A stretch of 35,026 nt of DNA from Actinomycetota bacterium (GCA_025963875.1 JAOPZY010000189.1:1-35026), one strand, 5' to 3'; shown: positions 10,387 through 20,833, numbered from the stretch's first letter. The notes: generated from the sequence alone by a model not told the origin. Numbers and translations are program-made.

Positions 10387-11352
10387 ATGCGTGCACCACG
10401 GATCCGTTTGCTGGCCGTCCCGCTGCTGGCCGTGGGGCTGGTGGCGGCAGCCGGCTGCTCCAAGAAGACGACCACCTCAGCGAGTCCGACGCCGGGCCCG
10501 ACCTTCGCCGCCGGAACGACGATGGCCCGCCTCCAGGCGGCCGGCAAGATGACGGTGGGCACCAAGTTCGACCAGCCCCTCTTCGGGCTGAAGAACCCGC
10601 TGACGGGCGCCATCGAGGGCTTCGACGTCGAGATCGCCAAGCTCGTCGCCCAGGGCATCTACGGCGGGACCGCCGATGAGGCAGCCAAGCACATCAACTT
10701 CGTCGAGACGCCCTCCAACGTGCGGGAGATCTCCATCCAGCAGGGCAAAGTCGACATGGTCGTGGCCACCTACACGATCAACAACACCCGCAAGCAGGTC
10801 GTGGACTTCGGCGGTCCGTACTACGTCGCCGGCCAGGACATCATGGTGAAGAAGGGCGACGACTCCATCAAGAGCGTGACCGACCTCAATGGCAAGAAGG
10901 TCTGCACGGTGCAGGGCTCGACCTCGCTGACCAACGTCAAGGCGAAGGCGCCGCAGGCGGACCTCTCCATCACCTTCGATCTCTACTCGAAATGTGCCGA
11001 CGCCCTGAGGGACGGCCGGGTCCAGGCGGAGACCACGGACAACGTCATCCTGCTCGGGCTGGTGAAGGACAACAAGGACGTCTTCAAGGTCGTCGGCAAC
11101 CCCTTCACCACCGAACCGTACGGCATCGGGATCAAGAAGGGCGACGACGCCTTCCGCAGCTTCATCAACGACCGGCTCGAGGCCAGCTACCAGGACGGGT
11201 CGTGGGCGGCCGCCTTCAACAAGACCGTCGGCACGGCCGGGGTCACCGCCCCGGCGCCCCCAGCGGTCGACCGCTACACCTCGGTGCCCGGCGCACCGAC
11301 CTCGACGGTGACGTCGACCGTGCCGTCCACGGTGACCCCGACCGCCAAGTAG
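10387..11352 (+). CDS. gluB: Glutamate ABC transporter substrate-binding lipoprotein
   Basis: Lipobox AAAGC; GTKFDQPLFG, GFDVEIA, VATYTIN, EPYGIG; AAGGAG upstream. Confidence 0.88.
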   Translation: MRAPRIRLLAVPLLAVGLVAAAGCSKKTTTSASPTPGPTFAAGTTMARLQAAGKMTVGTKFDQPLFGLKNPLTGAIEGFDVEIAKLVAQGIYGGTADEAAKHINFVETPSNVREISIQQGKVDMVVATYTINNTRKQVVDFGGPYYVAGQDIMVKKGDDSIKSVTDLNGKKVCTVQGSTSLTNVKAKAPQADLSITFDLYSKCADALRDGRVQAETTDNVILLGLVKDNKDVFKVVGNPFTTEPYGIGIKKGDDAFRSFINDRLEASYQDGSWAAAFNKTVGTAGVTAPAPPAVDRYTSVPGAPTSTVTSTVPSTVTPTAK

Positions 11353-11353
11353 G

Positions 11354-11998
11354 TTGAGCGTCCTCATCCACAACCTCGGCGCCTTCGGCGCCGGGTTCCG
11401 CACGACCCTGGCCCTCACCCTGGCGAGCTTCGCCGGGGCGCTGGCCATCGGCCTCGTCGTCGCCTCGATGCGCGTGAGCCCGGTGGCGCCCCTGCGCGCC
11501 GCCGGGACCGCGTACGTCGAGACCATCCGGAACATCCCGTTGCTGGTCCTGCTGTTCCTGTTCTTCTTCGGGTTCCCGAAGATGGGCATCCAGTACCCGC
11601 CGTTCCCGTCGGCGGTGATCGTCATGGCCGCCTATACCGGCTCCTTTGTGGCCGAGACCATCCGCTCCGGCGTCAACACCGTGGCGCGCGGCCAGGCAGA
11701 GGCGGCCAGGGCGATCGGCCTCACGTTCCCGCAGTCCCTCCGCCTCGTCGTGCTGCCGCAGGCCCTGCGGGCGGTGGTCGCACCGATCGGCAACCTGTTC
11801 ATCGCCCTCGTCAAGAACACGGCCCTCGCCTCCACCATCGCAGTGGTGGAACTGGGCTCCGTCTACACCCGGCTGATCACCGAGACCGCCCAGCCCGTGG
11901 CGATCCTGTTCGGTGCCACCGTGGGCTACCTGGCGCTTGCCCTCACGGGGGGATGGATCTTCGCCGAGATCGAGCACAAGGTGGCCATCAAGAGATGA
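11354..11998 (+). CDS. gluC: Amino-acid ABC transporter permease
   Basis: YVETIRNIPLL, EAA loop GQAEAARAIG, LVKNT. Confidence 0.85.
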   Translation: MSVLIHNLGAFGAGFRTTLALTLASFAGALAIGLVVASMRVSPVAPLRAAGTAYVETIRNIPLLVLLFLFFFGFPKMGIQYPPFPSAVIVMAAYTGSFVAETIRSGVNTVARGQAEAARAIGLTFPQSLRLVVLPQALRAVVAPIGNLFIALVKNTALASTIAVVELGSVYTRLITETAQPVAILFGATVGYLALALTGGWIFAEIEHKVAIKR

Positions 11999-12867
11999 GC
12001 GTGGTGCTCGGCGACGCCCTCGGCCCCCGCGGCAGGCGGAGGACGGCGATCGCGTCGGTCGTCTCGTCCGCGGTCCTCCTCGGGCTGCTGATCATCGCGC
12101 TCCGCAGGTTGTCGGCGACCGGCCAGCTCGATGCGGCCAAGTGGTCCTTCCTCGTGAAGCCGCTCGTCATCCGCTTCCTGCTGGGCGGCCTGGGCAACAC
12201 CCTCCGGGCGGCCGCCGTCGCCATCGTCCCCGCCGTGACCATCGGCACGGTGCTCGCCCTGGGCCGCCTGTCCCGGAAGGCCCCGGTGCGGCTCGCCGCC
12301 AACGCCTACGTCCAGTTCTTCCGGGCCCTGCCCCTGTTCATCCTCATCATCTTCATGTTCTACGGCGTTTCGAAGCTCGGCACCGACCTCTCCCCGTACT
12401 GGGCGCTCGTGGCGGGGCTCAGCATCTACAACGCCGCGGTCTTCGGCGAGATCTTCCGGGCCGGCATCCTGTCGCTCGACCGCGGGCAGTCCGAAGCCGC
12501 GCTCTCCCTGGGGATGCGCCGCCGGCAGGCGATGTGGCTCGTCGTCCTCCCCCAGGCCTACCGCCGGATGATCCCCACGATCCTGAGCCAGTCGGTCACC
12601 CTGCTGAAGGACACGTCGCTCGGCTTCACCGTCACCTACGAGGAGCTGCTGCGGCGGGGCGTGTTCGTGGGTGCTGCCGGCAAGGACCCCCTGCAGGCCT
12701 TTGTCGCCGTCGCCCTCATCTACCTCGCCGTCAACATGACGCTCAGCCGGGCGGCCCGCCGCCTGGAGATCCGGCAGCGCCGCCGGTACCGGGCGGGGAG
12801 CATCGATATCGCGGGGGCCGAGGACCTCCAGGCGGTGGCCGCCGGGGCGTCGATGGGCGGAACCTAA
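11995..12867 (+). CDS. gluD: Amino-acid ABC transporter permease
   Basis: ATG overlapping the gluC stop; FFRALPL, GQSEAALSLG, LLKDTSLG. Confidence 0.85.
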   Translation: MSVVLGDALGPRGRRRTAIASVVSSAVLLGLLIIALRRLSATGQLDAAKWSFLVKPLVIRFLLGGLGNTLRAAAVAIVPAVTIGTVLALGRLSRKAPVRLAANAYVQFFRALPLFILIIFMFYGVSKLGTDLSPYWALVAGLSIYNAAVFGEIFRAGILSLDRGQSEAALSLGMRRRQAMWLVVLPQAYRRMIPTILSQSVTLLKDTSLGFTVTYEELLRRGVFVGAAGKDPLQAFVAVALIYLAVNMTLSRAARRLEIRQRRRYRAGSIDIAGAEDLQAVAAGASMGGT

Positions 12868-12943
12868 AGGCAAGGCGGCGGGGCCGGTAGGCTTACCAAA
12901 CGTGAACCCCTCCCCGGGCCGGTGGTCAGTCGGTGACGGCCGA

Positions 12944-12988
12944 AGATTGTGCCAAAAAGTGCGCCCAGCACGCTTTTTGGCACAATCT
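12944..12988. repeat. 16-bp perfect inverted repeat (terminator, operator or element remnant)
   Basis: AGATTGTGCCAAAAAG (12944-12959) and CTTTTTGGCACAATCT (12973-12988), 13-nt spacer, between gluD and murJ. Confidence 0.8.
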
Positions 12989-13023
12989 AGATCTGAGACT
13001 GGGCCCCTCGTGGGCTTGTCTCC

Positions 13024-14700
13024 GTGAAACCGCCCCTTCTCCCACCCGGGCGGGCCGCCGTACGGGCCGGGGGGGCGCCCGCCCCGGACCGGCAGGATCC
13101 CCCACCCGAGCGCGGCGCAGCCGTCATCGCCGGGCTCACGGCCGCGAGCCGCGGCATGGGACTGGTCCGGACCCTCGTCGCCACCGGGGTCCTCGGCCTC
13201 ACCTACCTCGGGAACACGTACACCAGCACCAACCTCGTCTCGAACCTGCTGTTCGACGTCTTCGCCGGCGGGGCGCTCGCCGCCGTGCTGGTGCCGGCCC
13301 TCAGCGCCGCCCTCGTCAGCGACGATCCCGCCGAGGCACAGCGGTGCGCGAGCGCCTTCGCCAACACGGTGCTGCTCGTGCTCACGCCGGTGGTCCTCGC
13401 CGGCATCGCGCTGCGCGGCCCCATCATGGCGGCGCTGACCTCCGGGGTCGGGGACCGGGCGATCCGCAGCGCGGAGCGGGACCTCGGCGGGTTCTTCCTC
13501 CTGCTGTTCCTCCCCCAGGTGTGGCTCTACGGGATCGGGCTCGTCACCACCGGCGTGCTGCACGCCCACCACCGCTTCGCCGGTCCCGCGCTGGCGCCGC
13601 TGGTGTCGAGCGTCGTCGTCACGGCGTCGTACCTCGCCTACGCCGGCATCGAAGGTGTCAACGGCCAGAACATCCGTCAGGTGTCGGCGACCGGCCGCTG
13701 GATCCTCGGTCTCGGCACCACGGCCGGGGTCGCCGCCCTCTCGCTGTCGGTCCTGGTCCCCGCCTGGCGGCTCGGCCTGCGCTGGCGACCGGTGCTCCGC
13801 ATCCCCCTGGAGGCCAGGCGCCTCACCCGGCGGCTGCTCACCTCGGCCGTCGTTGCGGTAGGGATGGAGCAGGTGCTGCTCGGCGTCATGCTGCTGCTGG
13901 GCAACCGGGTCGAGGGCGGCGTGGTCGCCTACTGGCTGGCCTTCACCCTGCTCGAGCTGCCCTGGGCGGTCCTCGCCGTTCCCATCGCCATCGCCGCGTT
14001 CCCGGGCCTCGCCGGCTCGGCAGCCAGGGGCGAGGCCGGCGAGTTCGCCGAGCGCTGCGCGACCGCATCCCGGAACCTCGCCGTCCTGGTCTTCGGCGGC
14101 ACCGCGGGGATCCTCGTCCTGGCCGGGCCCGGGTCGCAGCTGCTGCTCGACGCCGGCGTCGGCGGCCAGGGCTCGGCGCACCTGCTGGCGCCGGCCGTCG
14201 CCGCCTTTGCTCCCGGCCTCGTCGGCTACGGCGCCTACGCCCTCCTCACCCGGGTGGCGTACGCCCTGGGGGACGGACGCTCCCCGGCGCTGGGCGCGGT
14301 GGCGGGGTTCGGCTCGGCGACGGTGCTCAGCTTCCTCGCGTATCCGTTCTTCCACGGGCGCTCGCTCATCGCGGCGCTCGCCGGCGCCTTCTCGGTGGGC
14401 ATGACGCTGGCGGCGGCGCTGATGCTGCGCCGGCTGTCGGCAACGGCCGGCCCCCGTGCGTTCGCGGGCGTCGCCACAACCTGCGGCCGGGCGCTGGGCG
14501 CTGCTGCTGCCGCCATCCTTGCGGGCCTCGGCGCCGGAGCGGTCCTGAACGGCCCCGACCTCGCCCACCACGTTGCCGCGGTGCTCGGGGCCGGTGCCGC
14601 AACCGCCTCGGTCTACCTCGGCGTCCTCCATGGCCTGGGCGACCGGCAGCTGAAGCGGGCCTTCACCGCCATGCGGGCAGCCGGGGTCACCGGCCGATGA
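13024..14700 (+). CDS. murJ: MurJ/MviN-family lipid II flippase-like protein (start approximate)
   Basis: TAASRGMGLVR, YTSTNLVSNLLFDVFAGGAL, many TM helices, LLTRVAYALGD. Confidence 0.85.
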   Translation: MKPPLLPPGRAAVRAGGAPAPDRQDPPPERGAAVIAGLTAASRGMGLVRTLVATGVLGLTYLGNTYTSTNLVSNLLFDVFAGGALAAVLVPALSAALVSDDPAEAQRCASAFANTVLLVLTPVVLAGIALRGPIMAALTSGVGDRAIRSAERDLGGFFLLLFLPQVWLYGIGLVTTGVLHAHHRFAGPALAPLVSSVVVTASYLAYAGIEGVNGQNIRQVSATGRWILGLGTTAGVAALSLSVLVPAWRLGLRWRPVLRIPLEARRLTRRLLTSAVVAVGMEQVLLGVMLLLGNRVEGGVVAYWLAFTLLELPWAVLAVPIAIAAFPGLAGSAARGEAGEFAERCATASRNLAVLVFGGTAGILVLAGPGSQLLLDAGVGGQGSAHLLAPAVAAFAPGLVGYGAYALLTRVAYALGDGRSPALGAVAGFGSATVLSFLAYPFFHGRSLIAALAGAFSVGMTLAAALMLRRLSATAGPRAFAGVATTCGRALGAAAAAILAGLGAGAVLNGPDLAHHVAAVLGAGAATASVYLGVLHGLGDRQLKRAFTAMRAAGVTGR

Positions 14701-15848
14701 TCGCCCGGACGGGGGCCGCCCGCATCGTCCTCGTCACCGCCCAGACCACGGGCGGCATCGGCCGTCACGTCTCCTCCCTGCTCCCCGAGTTGCTCGGCCG
14801 GGGGGCCAGGGTCGAGGTCGCCGCCCCGCGGGCGACGGGTGGCCTCGGCGCCGAGGCGGCCGGCACGCCGTTCTGGCCGGTCGAGATCCCGCGGCTGCCT
14901 TCGCCCGTGCCGGCCGTCTCCGCCCTGCGGGAGTTGAAGCGGGCGCTCGACGGGGCCGACCTCGTCCACGCCCACGGCGTCCGGGCGGGCCTGGCGGCCG
15001 GCGCCGCGGCACGCTCCGACGCCGTGCCGCACCTCATCGTGACCATCCACAACGCGGTCTTCGAAAGCGGTTCCACCCGCCGGGGGGCCGAGTCCGTCGC
15101 CCACCGGATGCTCGCCCTCCTGTCCGAGCAGCGCATCTGCGTGTCCGAGGACGTCGCCCGGGCGGCCCGCGCGGCTGCGCCCGCCAAAGCGGGTTCGGTC
15201 CTCGTGATGCCGGTCGGTGCCGATCCCACGCCGGTCGAGCCGGCGGAGGCCGCGGCCGCCCGGGAGAAGCTCGGGCTCGAGGCCGGGCGTCCCCTGGTGG
15301 TGAGCGTGGGCCGCCTCGACCCCCAGAAGGGCTTCGACGTCCTGGTCGAGGCGGCGGCCCGGATGAACGGGACCTCGCCGCCAATCGTCGTGATTTGCGG
15401 GGAGGGCCCCGCCCGACCGGAGCTCGAGGAGCGGATCCGTGCCCTCGGTCTCGGCGGCCGGGTCCGCCTCCTCGGCAACCGCAAGGACGCCAAGGCGCTC
15501 ATCGCCGCCGCCGATGCGTTCTGCATGCCCTCCCGCTGGGAGGGAAGCCCGCTGGCGCTGCACGAGGCGCTCGCCGCCGGGCGCCCGGTCGTCGCGGCTG
15601 CGGTGGGGGGTATCCCGGAGCTGCTGACCTTCGGGCAGGCGGGGCTCCTCGTGCCGCCGGAGGATCCCGGCGCCCTTGCCGCCGCGGTGGGCCGGGTCCT
15701 GGCGGACCGTTCGCTTGCCGAGCGCCTGGGGGCCCGTGCGCTCGAGGCCGCCGAGGCCTGGCCGGACGCCGCAACGACCGCCCGCAGGGTGGCCGACCTC
15801 TACGAGAAGATCCTGGGCCGCCCGCTCGGCGGGGGCCAACCGGAGTGA
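14697..15848 (+). CDS. GT-B glycosyltransferase (GT4 family)
   Basis: ATG overlapping the murJ stop; GGIGRHV, VHAHG, VGRLDPQKG, PSRWEGSPLALHEA. Confidence 0.9.
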   Translation: MIARTGAARIVLVTAQTTGGIGRHVSSLLPELLGRGARVEVAAPRATGGLGAEAAGTPFWPVEIPRLPSPVPAVSALRELKRALDGADLVHAHGVRAGLAAGAAARSDAVPHLIVTIHNAVFESGSTRRGAESVAHRMLALLSEQRICVSEDVARAARAAAPAKAGSVLVMPVGADPTPVEPAEAAAAREKLGLEAGRPLVVSVGRLDPQKGFDVLVEAAARMNGTSPPIVVICGEGPARPELEERIRALGLGGRVRLLGNRKDAKALIAAADAFCMPSRWEGSPLALHEALAAGRPVVAAAVGGIPELLTFGQAGLLVPPEDPGALAAAVGRVLADRSLAERLGARALEAAEAWPDAATTARRVADLYEKILGRPLGGGQPE

Positions 15849-17695
15849 GGCGCGGCCCTCGTGGCCTTCTCGTCGCAGGACTCGCAGCGCCGGCGGCCCT
15901 CCTGACCCTCCTGGCCCTGACGGCTCCCCCGGCAGCTGCCAATGCCCGGCCCCGGCATGTCGTCATCGCCGCGGTACCGGGCGTGACCTGGGAGGACGTT
16001 GCGGCGGGGAAGGCGCCGGTCCTTCGCTCCCTCGCCGACCGCTGGTCGATCGCCGCTCTGTCGATCCGTACCGCGGTGTCGCCGACCGACGCCGACTCGG
16101 CGATGACCACCATCGGTGCCGGCAACCGCGCCCGGGGCCGGACGGCTGCGGACAACCGGGGCCTGCACTTCGGGGCCGTGCCGGGCGCCCTGGGCGAAGC
16201 CCTCCACCAGCACGGCCTCCGGACGGCGGCGACCGACCCGACGGCCGCGCTTGCAATCGGCCGGGTCGATGCCGGCGTCGAGGCGGCGGATGTGGCGGTC
16301 GAGGCCGGCCTCAGCGATGCGGCCCTCGGCTCGGTCGCGGGGGGCCTCGACCTCACCCGGGACACCCTCGTCGTCGTGTCGCCCTACCGGGATCCGCCCG
16401 GCCCCGACCGCCTCATGGTGGCGGTGGTCGCCGGCGCCGGCGCCACGCCCGGCGGGTGGATCACCTCGGCCACGACGCATCGCAACGGCATCGTGACCCT
16501 TCCCGACATCGCCCCCGGCATCCTGGCGCTGTTCGGCGTCAAGCCTCCGCCCTCGATGACCGGGCAGGCGTTCCACACCGTCCCCGCGCACGGGGACCGC
16601 CTCGAAACGCTCACCGGCCTCGAGTCGGCGGCGGTGTCCTACAGCGAGCGCGTCGGGCCGTTCACCTTCGCCCTCGCCGTCCTCGCCGTGACGGTCTTCG
16701 CGGCGGGCTGGCGCACGCTCCAGACGGGCGCCGGGAGAGCGCCGGTCCTCGCAGCGGGTCTGCTCGTCGCCGCGGCCCCGCTTGCCTGCCTCGCCCAGGC
16801 GGCGGTGGGGGCCGAGCGCTGGGCGGCCCTGCCTGCGTTCGGGTTCCTGTTCGCCGCCGCGCTCGCCTTGACGGGGGTCGCCCTGGCCGGACCCTGGCGG
16901 CACCACCGGGCCGGTCCCGCCATCTTCATCGCCGCCGCCACGGTCCTCGCCATCGCCGTCGACCTGGTCACCGGCTCGCGGGGCCAACTCACCAGCCTCA
17001 TCGGCTACACACCTATCGAGGGGGGCCGGTTCTACGGGCTGTCGGCGGTGTCCTTCGCCATCCTGACCACCTACGTCCTGGCGCTGACCGGGATGCTGGC
17101 GGGGGCCCGGCCCCGGTGGTCGGTGGCGGCGATCACCGCGGTCGCGGCCGTCACCGTCGGGCTGGCCGGGGCTCCCATGTTCGGGGCCAAGTTCGGCAGC
17201 ATCCTCACCCTCGTCCCGGCATTCGGGCTGCTGGCGCTCCTCGTCTCCGGCCGCCCGATCTCGCTGCGGGCAGCTGCGGCAATCGCCGGTGCGGCCGCCG
17301 TCGTGGCCATCGCGGTCGGGGGGGCCGATGCCCTCCGGCCCGCGCAGTCCCAGACCCACCTCGGCCGCTTCGTGGGGGCGCTCCTCGGCGGCGGAGCGGG
17401 GTCCGGGTCGGTCTGGGAGGTGATCCAGCGCAAGCTCGACGCCAACCTGGGGATCTTCGTCCGGGCTCCCTACGCGCTCCTGGCGCCCGCAGCGCTGGTG
17501 TTCGCCGCCCTCGTCGTGATCCGCCCCGCCCGGGTGGTCGACGCGCCCCTGCGGGCGGTGCCGGGGCTGCGGGCGGGATTGCTGGCCGCCATGGCCGCAC
17601 TGGCAGTGGCGATGTTCCTCAACGACTCGGGCGTCGCCATCCCGGCGATGGGCCTGGCGATCGGCGCGCCCTGGGCGGTCGCAGCCCTGGTCTAA
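15845..17695 (+). CDS. Membrane protein with N-terminal alkaline-phosphatase-like extracellular domain
   Basis: GTG overlapping the GT stop; signal peptide, HVVIAAVPGVTWED, GIVTLPDIAP, then many TM segments with GGRFYG and LNDSG. Confidence 0.65.
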   Translation: MRRGPRGLLVAGLAAPAALLTLLALTAPPAAANARPRHVVIAAVPGVTWEDVAAGKAPVLRSLADRWSIAALSIRTAVSPTDADSAMTTIGAGNRARGRTAADNRGLHFGAVPGALGEALHQHGLRTAATDPTAALAIGRVDAGVEAADVAVEAGLSDAALGSVAGGLDLTRDTLVVVSPYRDPPGPDRLMVAVVAGAGATPGGWITSATTHRNGIVTLPDIAPGILALFGVKPPPSMTGQAFHTVPAHGDRLETLTGLESAAVSYSERVGPFTFALAVLAVTVFAAGWRTLQTGAGRAPVLAAGLLVAAAPLACLAQAAVGAERWAALPAFGFLFAAALALTGVALAGPWRHHRAGPAIFIAAATVLAIAVDLVTGSRGQLTSLIGYTPIEGGRFYGLSAVSFAILTTYVLALTGMLAGARPRWSVAAITAVAAVTVGLAGAPMFGAKFGSILTLVPAFGLLALLVSGRPISLRAAAAIAGAAAVVAIAVGGADALRPAQSQTHLGRFVGALLGGGAGSGSVWEVIQRKLDANLGIFVRAPYALLAPAALVFAALVVIRPARVVDAPLRAVPGLRAGLLAAMAALAVAMFLNDSGVAIPAMGLAIGAPWAVAALV

Positions 17696-17777
17696 CGGGC
17701 TCTCCGCTCTTCTTTGGGTGAACGGACGCCATAATGACCACTTATCACCCAAAGAAGATCCAGAAGGTGCTGGTGGG

Positions 17778-18755
17778 CTACTTGGGGGTGGGGCTCCCCG
17801 TGAGCGAGGACGCAGGCGTCAGCGCCACCGGCGGCTGCGGCGTGGGCAGCGGGGCGTTCGCCCCAGGCCCCGACCCGTAGGCGCCCCAGGCGTTCGTCAA
17901 AAGGGCCTCGGCGAGGCCGAGGACGACGGCCGCCTGGCCCATCGGCTGGTCCACGGTGTCGGCGGTCACGACCCGCAGGCTCGAGTCCTGGCGGATCGGC
18001 GCCAGCAGCGGGAGCGGGGACGACCCGTCCTCCCCCACCGCCACCAGCACCTGGGCCGCGGAGAGGCCCCGGACGATCGGCAGGATGATCGTCCTCACAA
18101 GGTCGGGGCCGGGCCTGGCCCCCGGTGCGGGCTGCGCGGGCGCCAGGATGATGACGGCAGTCCCGGGGGCGGCGAGGCTCGCCGGTGGCTGCTGGGCTTC
18201 CCCCGCCACGCCCGGCCCCCGGCTGGCGAGACCCGCATCGATGAGGCGTTGCACGATGCCCGGCGACTTGCCGGCGAGGGCGTCGCTCAACTGGCGGGCG
18301 AGCGCCGCTTGCAGGGCCTCGGCGCCCGAGATCCCCCCGCCCACCACGGTCGCTGCCTGCTGGCGGGTTGCATCGTCGGCCAGTGCCAGGTTCGAGGACA
18401 GTGCGACCGTTCCCTGGAGCCTGGCGCCGGCAGCGACGAGCGTCGAGGCCATCTGCGAGGTCTCGCTGCCCGGGGTCGTGTCGAACGAGACGAGAACGGC
18501 GGGCTTCCCCGCCAGCTTGCCCTGCACGAGCAGGTTCCGGCTGGACTCGGCGTAGCGGAGGAGATCCCGGTTGGTCTGCGCGAGCACGTCGTTCTGCGTC
18601 TGGAGGGCCTTGTTGCTGCTGTCGATCCTGCGCAGGGAGTTGTTGAGGGCCCGCACCGTCTCCGGGGAGACGAAGGTGCTCCCGGCGACAATGCCGAGGC
18701 CGAGCGCGAGGAACACCGCGATCAGGCTGGCGAGGTGGTACCGGAAGTTGATCAC
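17778..18755 (-). CDS. steB: SteB / MctB-like (DUF3186) protein
   Basis: MINFRYHLASLIAVFLALGLGIVAG N-terminus, coiled coil, follows steA. Confidence 0.85.
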   Translation of the reverse strand: MINFRYHLASLIAVFLALGLGIVAGSTFVSPETVRALNNSLRRIDSSNKALQTQNDVLAQTNRDLLRYAESSRNLLVQGKLAGKPAVLVSFDTTPGSETSQMASTLVAAGARLQGTVALSSNLALADDATRQQAATVVGGGISGAEALQAALARQLSDALAGKSPGIVQRLIDAGLASRGPGVAGEAQQPPASLAAPGTAVIILAPAQPAPGARPGPDLVRTIILPIVRGLSAAQVLVAVGEDGSSPLPLLAPIRQDSSLRVVTADTVDQPMGQAAVVLGLAEALLTNAWGAYGSGPGANAPLPTPQPPVALTPASSLTGSPTPK

Positions 18756-18783
18756 AGGGCTCCAGGCGTAGCGAGCGGGTACG

Positions 18784-19989
18784 TCAGCGGAACGCCTGGC
18801 GCATGGTGAACGTCAGGTGCCGCAGCCACAGCCTGACCGTTCCCGCCACCACCTGGGCGAGATTGGGGTGGCCGGAGGCCCCGACAATGATGAGCATCGT
18901 GAGGACCGCGGCGGCCACCAGCGCGGCGAGCTGGAGGCGGGTCGGCCCCGCCCGGTGCAGCATGCTCACCCCTTTGGCATCGACGAGCTTGGGACCCACG
19001 CGCAGGCGCACCAGGAAGGTTGAGGCCATGCCTTTGCGGCCCTTGTCCATCATCTCCGCGAGATTGGTGTGGCACCCGACCGCGACGATGAGCTCCGCCC
19101 CCTTCTCGTACGCGAGCAGCATGGCGGCGTCCTCGCTCGTACCCATGGCTTCGAAGGTCCGGTAGGGAAGGTCGAGGGCGTCCAGCCGCTCCGCTCCCGG
19201 CGCCCGGCCGTCGGCATAGGCATGGAGGATCAGCTCGGCGCCGCAGGTGAGGGCCTCGGTGGTCACCGAGTCCATGTCGCCGATGATGATGTCGGGCCGC
19301 AGGCCGATGTCGAGGAGGGCGTCCGCTCCGCCGTCGACGCCGACGAGCACGGGCCGGAAGTCGGAGATGTAGCCGCCACGCAGCGACCCGAGGTCGGCCT
19401 TGTAGCCGTGGCCCCGGACGACGACAAGGACGTGGCGGCCGCCGAGGTCGGTGTCGATTTCGGGCAGCCTGATGGCCTCGATGATGTACTCGCGCTCGTC
19501 GCGGAGGTACTCGATGGTGTTCTCGGCGAAGCTCTCGAGGGCTGCCCCGATCTGGCGCTTCGAGGCGTCCAGGCGCTCCTGGGCGAGCTCCATGCCGACG
19601 ACCTCGCCCTTGGCCACGACATCGCCGCCGGCGAGGATGCGGCCGTCCTCGATCTCCAGGGAGTCGCCGTCGCGGACGATGTCGAAGAGGTCCGGGACCA
19701 CGGCGTCGATGAGCGGGATACCGGCGGCAGCCAGCACCAGCGGGCCGAGGTTCGGGTAGGCACCGGTGGCGGACCGGGCCACGTTCAGCACCGCGCGGGC
19801 GCGCCGCTCCACCAGGCCCTCCGCCGCGACGCGGTCCAGGTCCTCGTGGTCGATCAGTGCGATCTCGCCGGGCTGCAGCCTGCCCACGAGCCGCTTGGTT
19901 CGGCGATCGGAGCGGACAACACCGCGGACGGCGCCAGGCACGGGGGCATGGGAGACGCCGCCTGCAGCCCGAGGGTGCCGGCGGAACAT
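18784..19989 (-). CDS. steA: SteA putative cytokinetic ring protein (thiamine pyrophosphokinase-like domain)
   Basis: DRRTKRLVGRLQPGEIALIDHEDLDRVAAE, YPNLGP, GVDGGADAL, MASTFLVRLRVG. Confidence 0.9.
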   Translation of the reverse strand: MFRRHPRAAGGVSHAPVPGAVRGVVRSDRRTKRLVGRLQPGEIALIDHEDLDRVAAEGLVERRARAVLNVARSATGAYPNLGPLVLAAAGIPLIDAVVPDLFDIVRDGDSLEIEDGRILAGGDVVAKGEVVGMELAQERLDASKRQIGAALESFAENTIEYLRDEREYIIEAIRLPEIDTDLGGRHVLVVVRGHGYKADLGSLRGGYISDFRPVLVGVDGGADALLDIGLRPDIIIGDMDSVTTEALTCGAELILHAYADGRAPGAERLDALDLPYRTFEAMGTSEDAAMLLAYEKGAELIVAVGCHTNLAEMMDKGRKGMASTFLVRLRVGPKLVDAKGVSMLHRAGPTRLQLAALVAAAVLTMLIIVGASGHPNLAQVVAGTVRLWLRHLTFTMRQAFR

Positions 19990-20014
19990 GCGGAGGATTC
20001 TAACCGGCTGCCGG

Positions 20015-20833
20015 TCAGACGGGATGGTAGGAACCCGGCCCGAAGCGGGATTGGAACCGCAGAAAAAAACCGCCGTCGCCGGCAAGACGGACCAATCGCA
20101 GCGGCTCCTTGTGGGGCTGGACGGTGACCGCGGCGGCCGGGGGGAGCTGCACGACGTGCCGACCGTCCGCCGACAGGGCGCCGCCGCCGTCAACCAGGCG
20201 CACCGTCACCGGGCGGGTCGGGGCCACCACGACGGAGCGCCAGCGGATGGAGTGCGGGCAGACCGGAGTGAGCACCATGACGTTGAGCTCGGGCTCGACC
20301 ACCGGCCCGCCGGCCGACAGGGAGTAGGCGGTGGAGCCGGTCGAGGTGGCGATGATGAAGCCGTCGGCGGTGTAGCGGGCCACCTCCTCGTCTCCGACGT
20401 AGACCTCGACATCGACGACCTTCGACGGTGTGGGCTTCTCGATGACGACCTCGTTCAGGGCGGTCGCGCTGGCAAGGGGCTCGCCCCCGATGGTCGCAGC
20501 TCCGTCGAGCATCATTCGCAGCTCGATCGTGTAGTCCCCGGACTGGAGGGCCTCGACCGCTGCCTTCAGGTTGCCGGCCTCGGCGGAGGCGAGAAAGCCC
20601 ATCCGGCCGAGGTTGACGCCGATCAGCGGGATGCCCCGCTTCACCGCCTCCCGGGCGGCCCGCAGCATCGTGCCGTCGCCGCCGAGCGAGACGATGAGGT
20701 CGGCCGAGGCACCGAGCGTGGCGTCCACCACGCGCAGCCCGACGGACGACGCCAACCCGATGATCTCCTCGTACGCGCGCTGGGCCGCGTCGGACGCCGG
20801 GTGGACGACCACCCCGATGGTCTGGATGTTCAC
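20015..20833 (-). CDS. nadK: NAD kinase
   Basis: LGGDGTML, GVNLGRMGFL, ALNE, ADGFIIATSTGSTAYSLSAGGP. Confidence 0.95.
   Translation of the reverse strand: MNIQTIGVVVHPASDAAQRAYEEIIGLASSVGLRVVDATLGASADLIVSLGGDGTMLRAAREAVKRGIPLIGVNLGRMGFLASAEAGNLKAAVEALQSGDYTIELRMMLDGAATIGGEPLASATALNEVVIEKPTPSKVVDVEVYVGDEEVARYTADGFIIATSTGSTAYSLSAGGPVVEPELNVMVLTPVCPHSIRWRSVVVAPTRPVTVRLVDGGGALSADGRHVVQLPPAAAVTVQPHKEPLRLVRLAGDGGFFLRFQSRFGPGSYHPV

Noticed and set aside
12944..12995. TGGCAC as a sigma-54 -24 element
   Set aside because: No TTGC -12 element at the required spacing on either strand
11926..17752. Very long alternative-frame ORFs (e.g. 11926-14631 -, 15676-17721 +, 15800-17752 -)
   Set aside because: Arg/Gly/Pro-rich shadow frames overlapping well-supported genes; expected at this GC content
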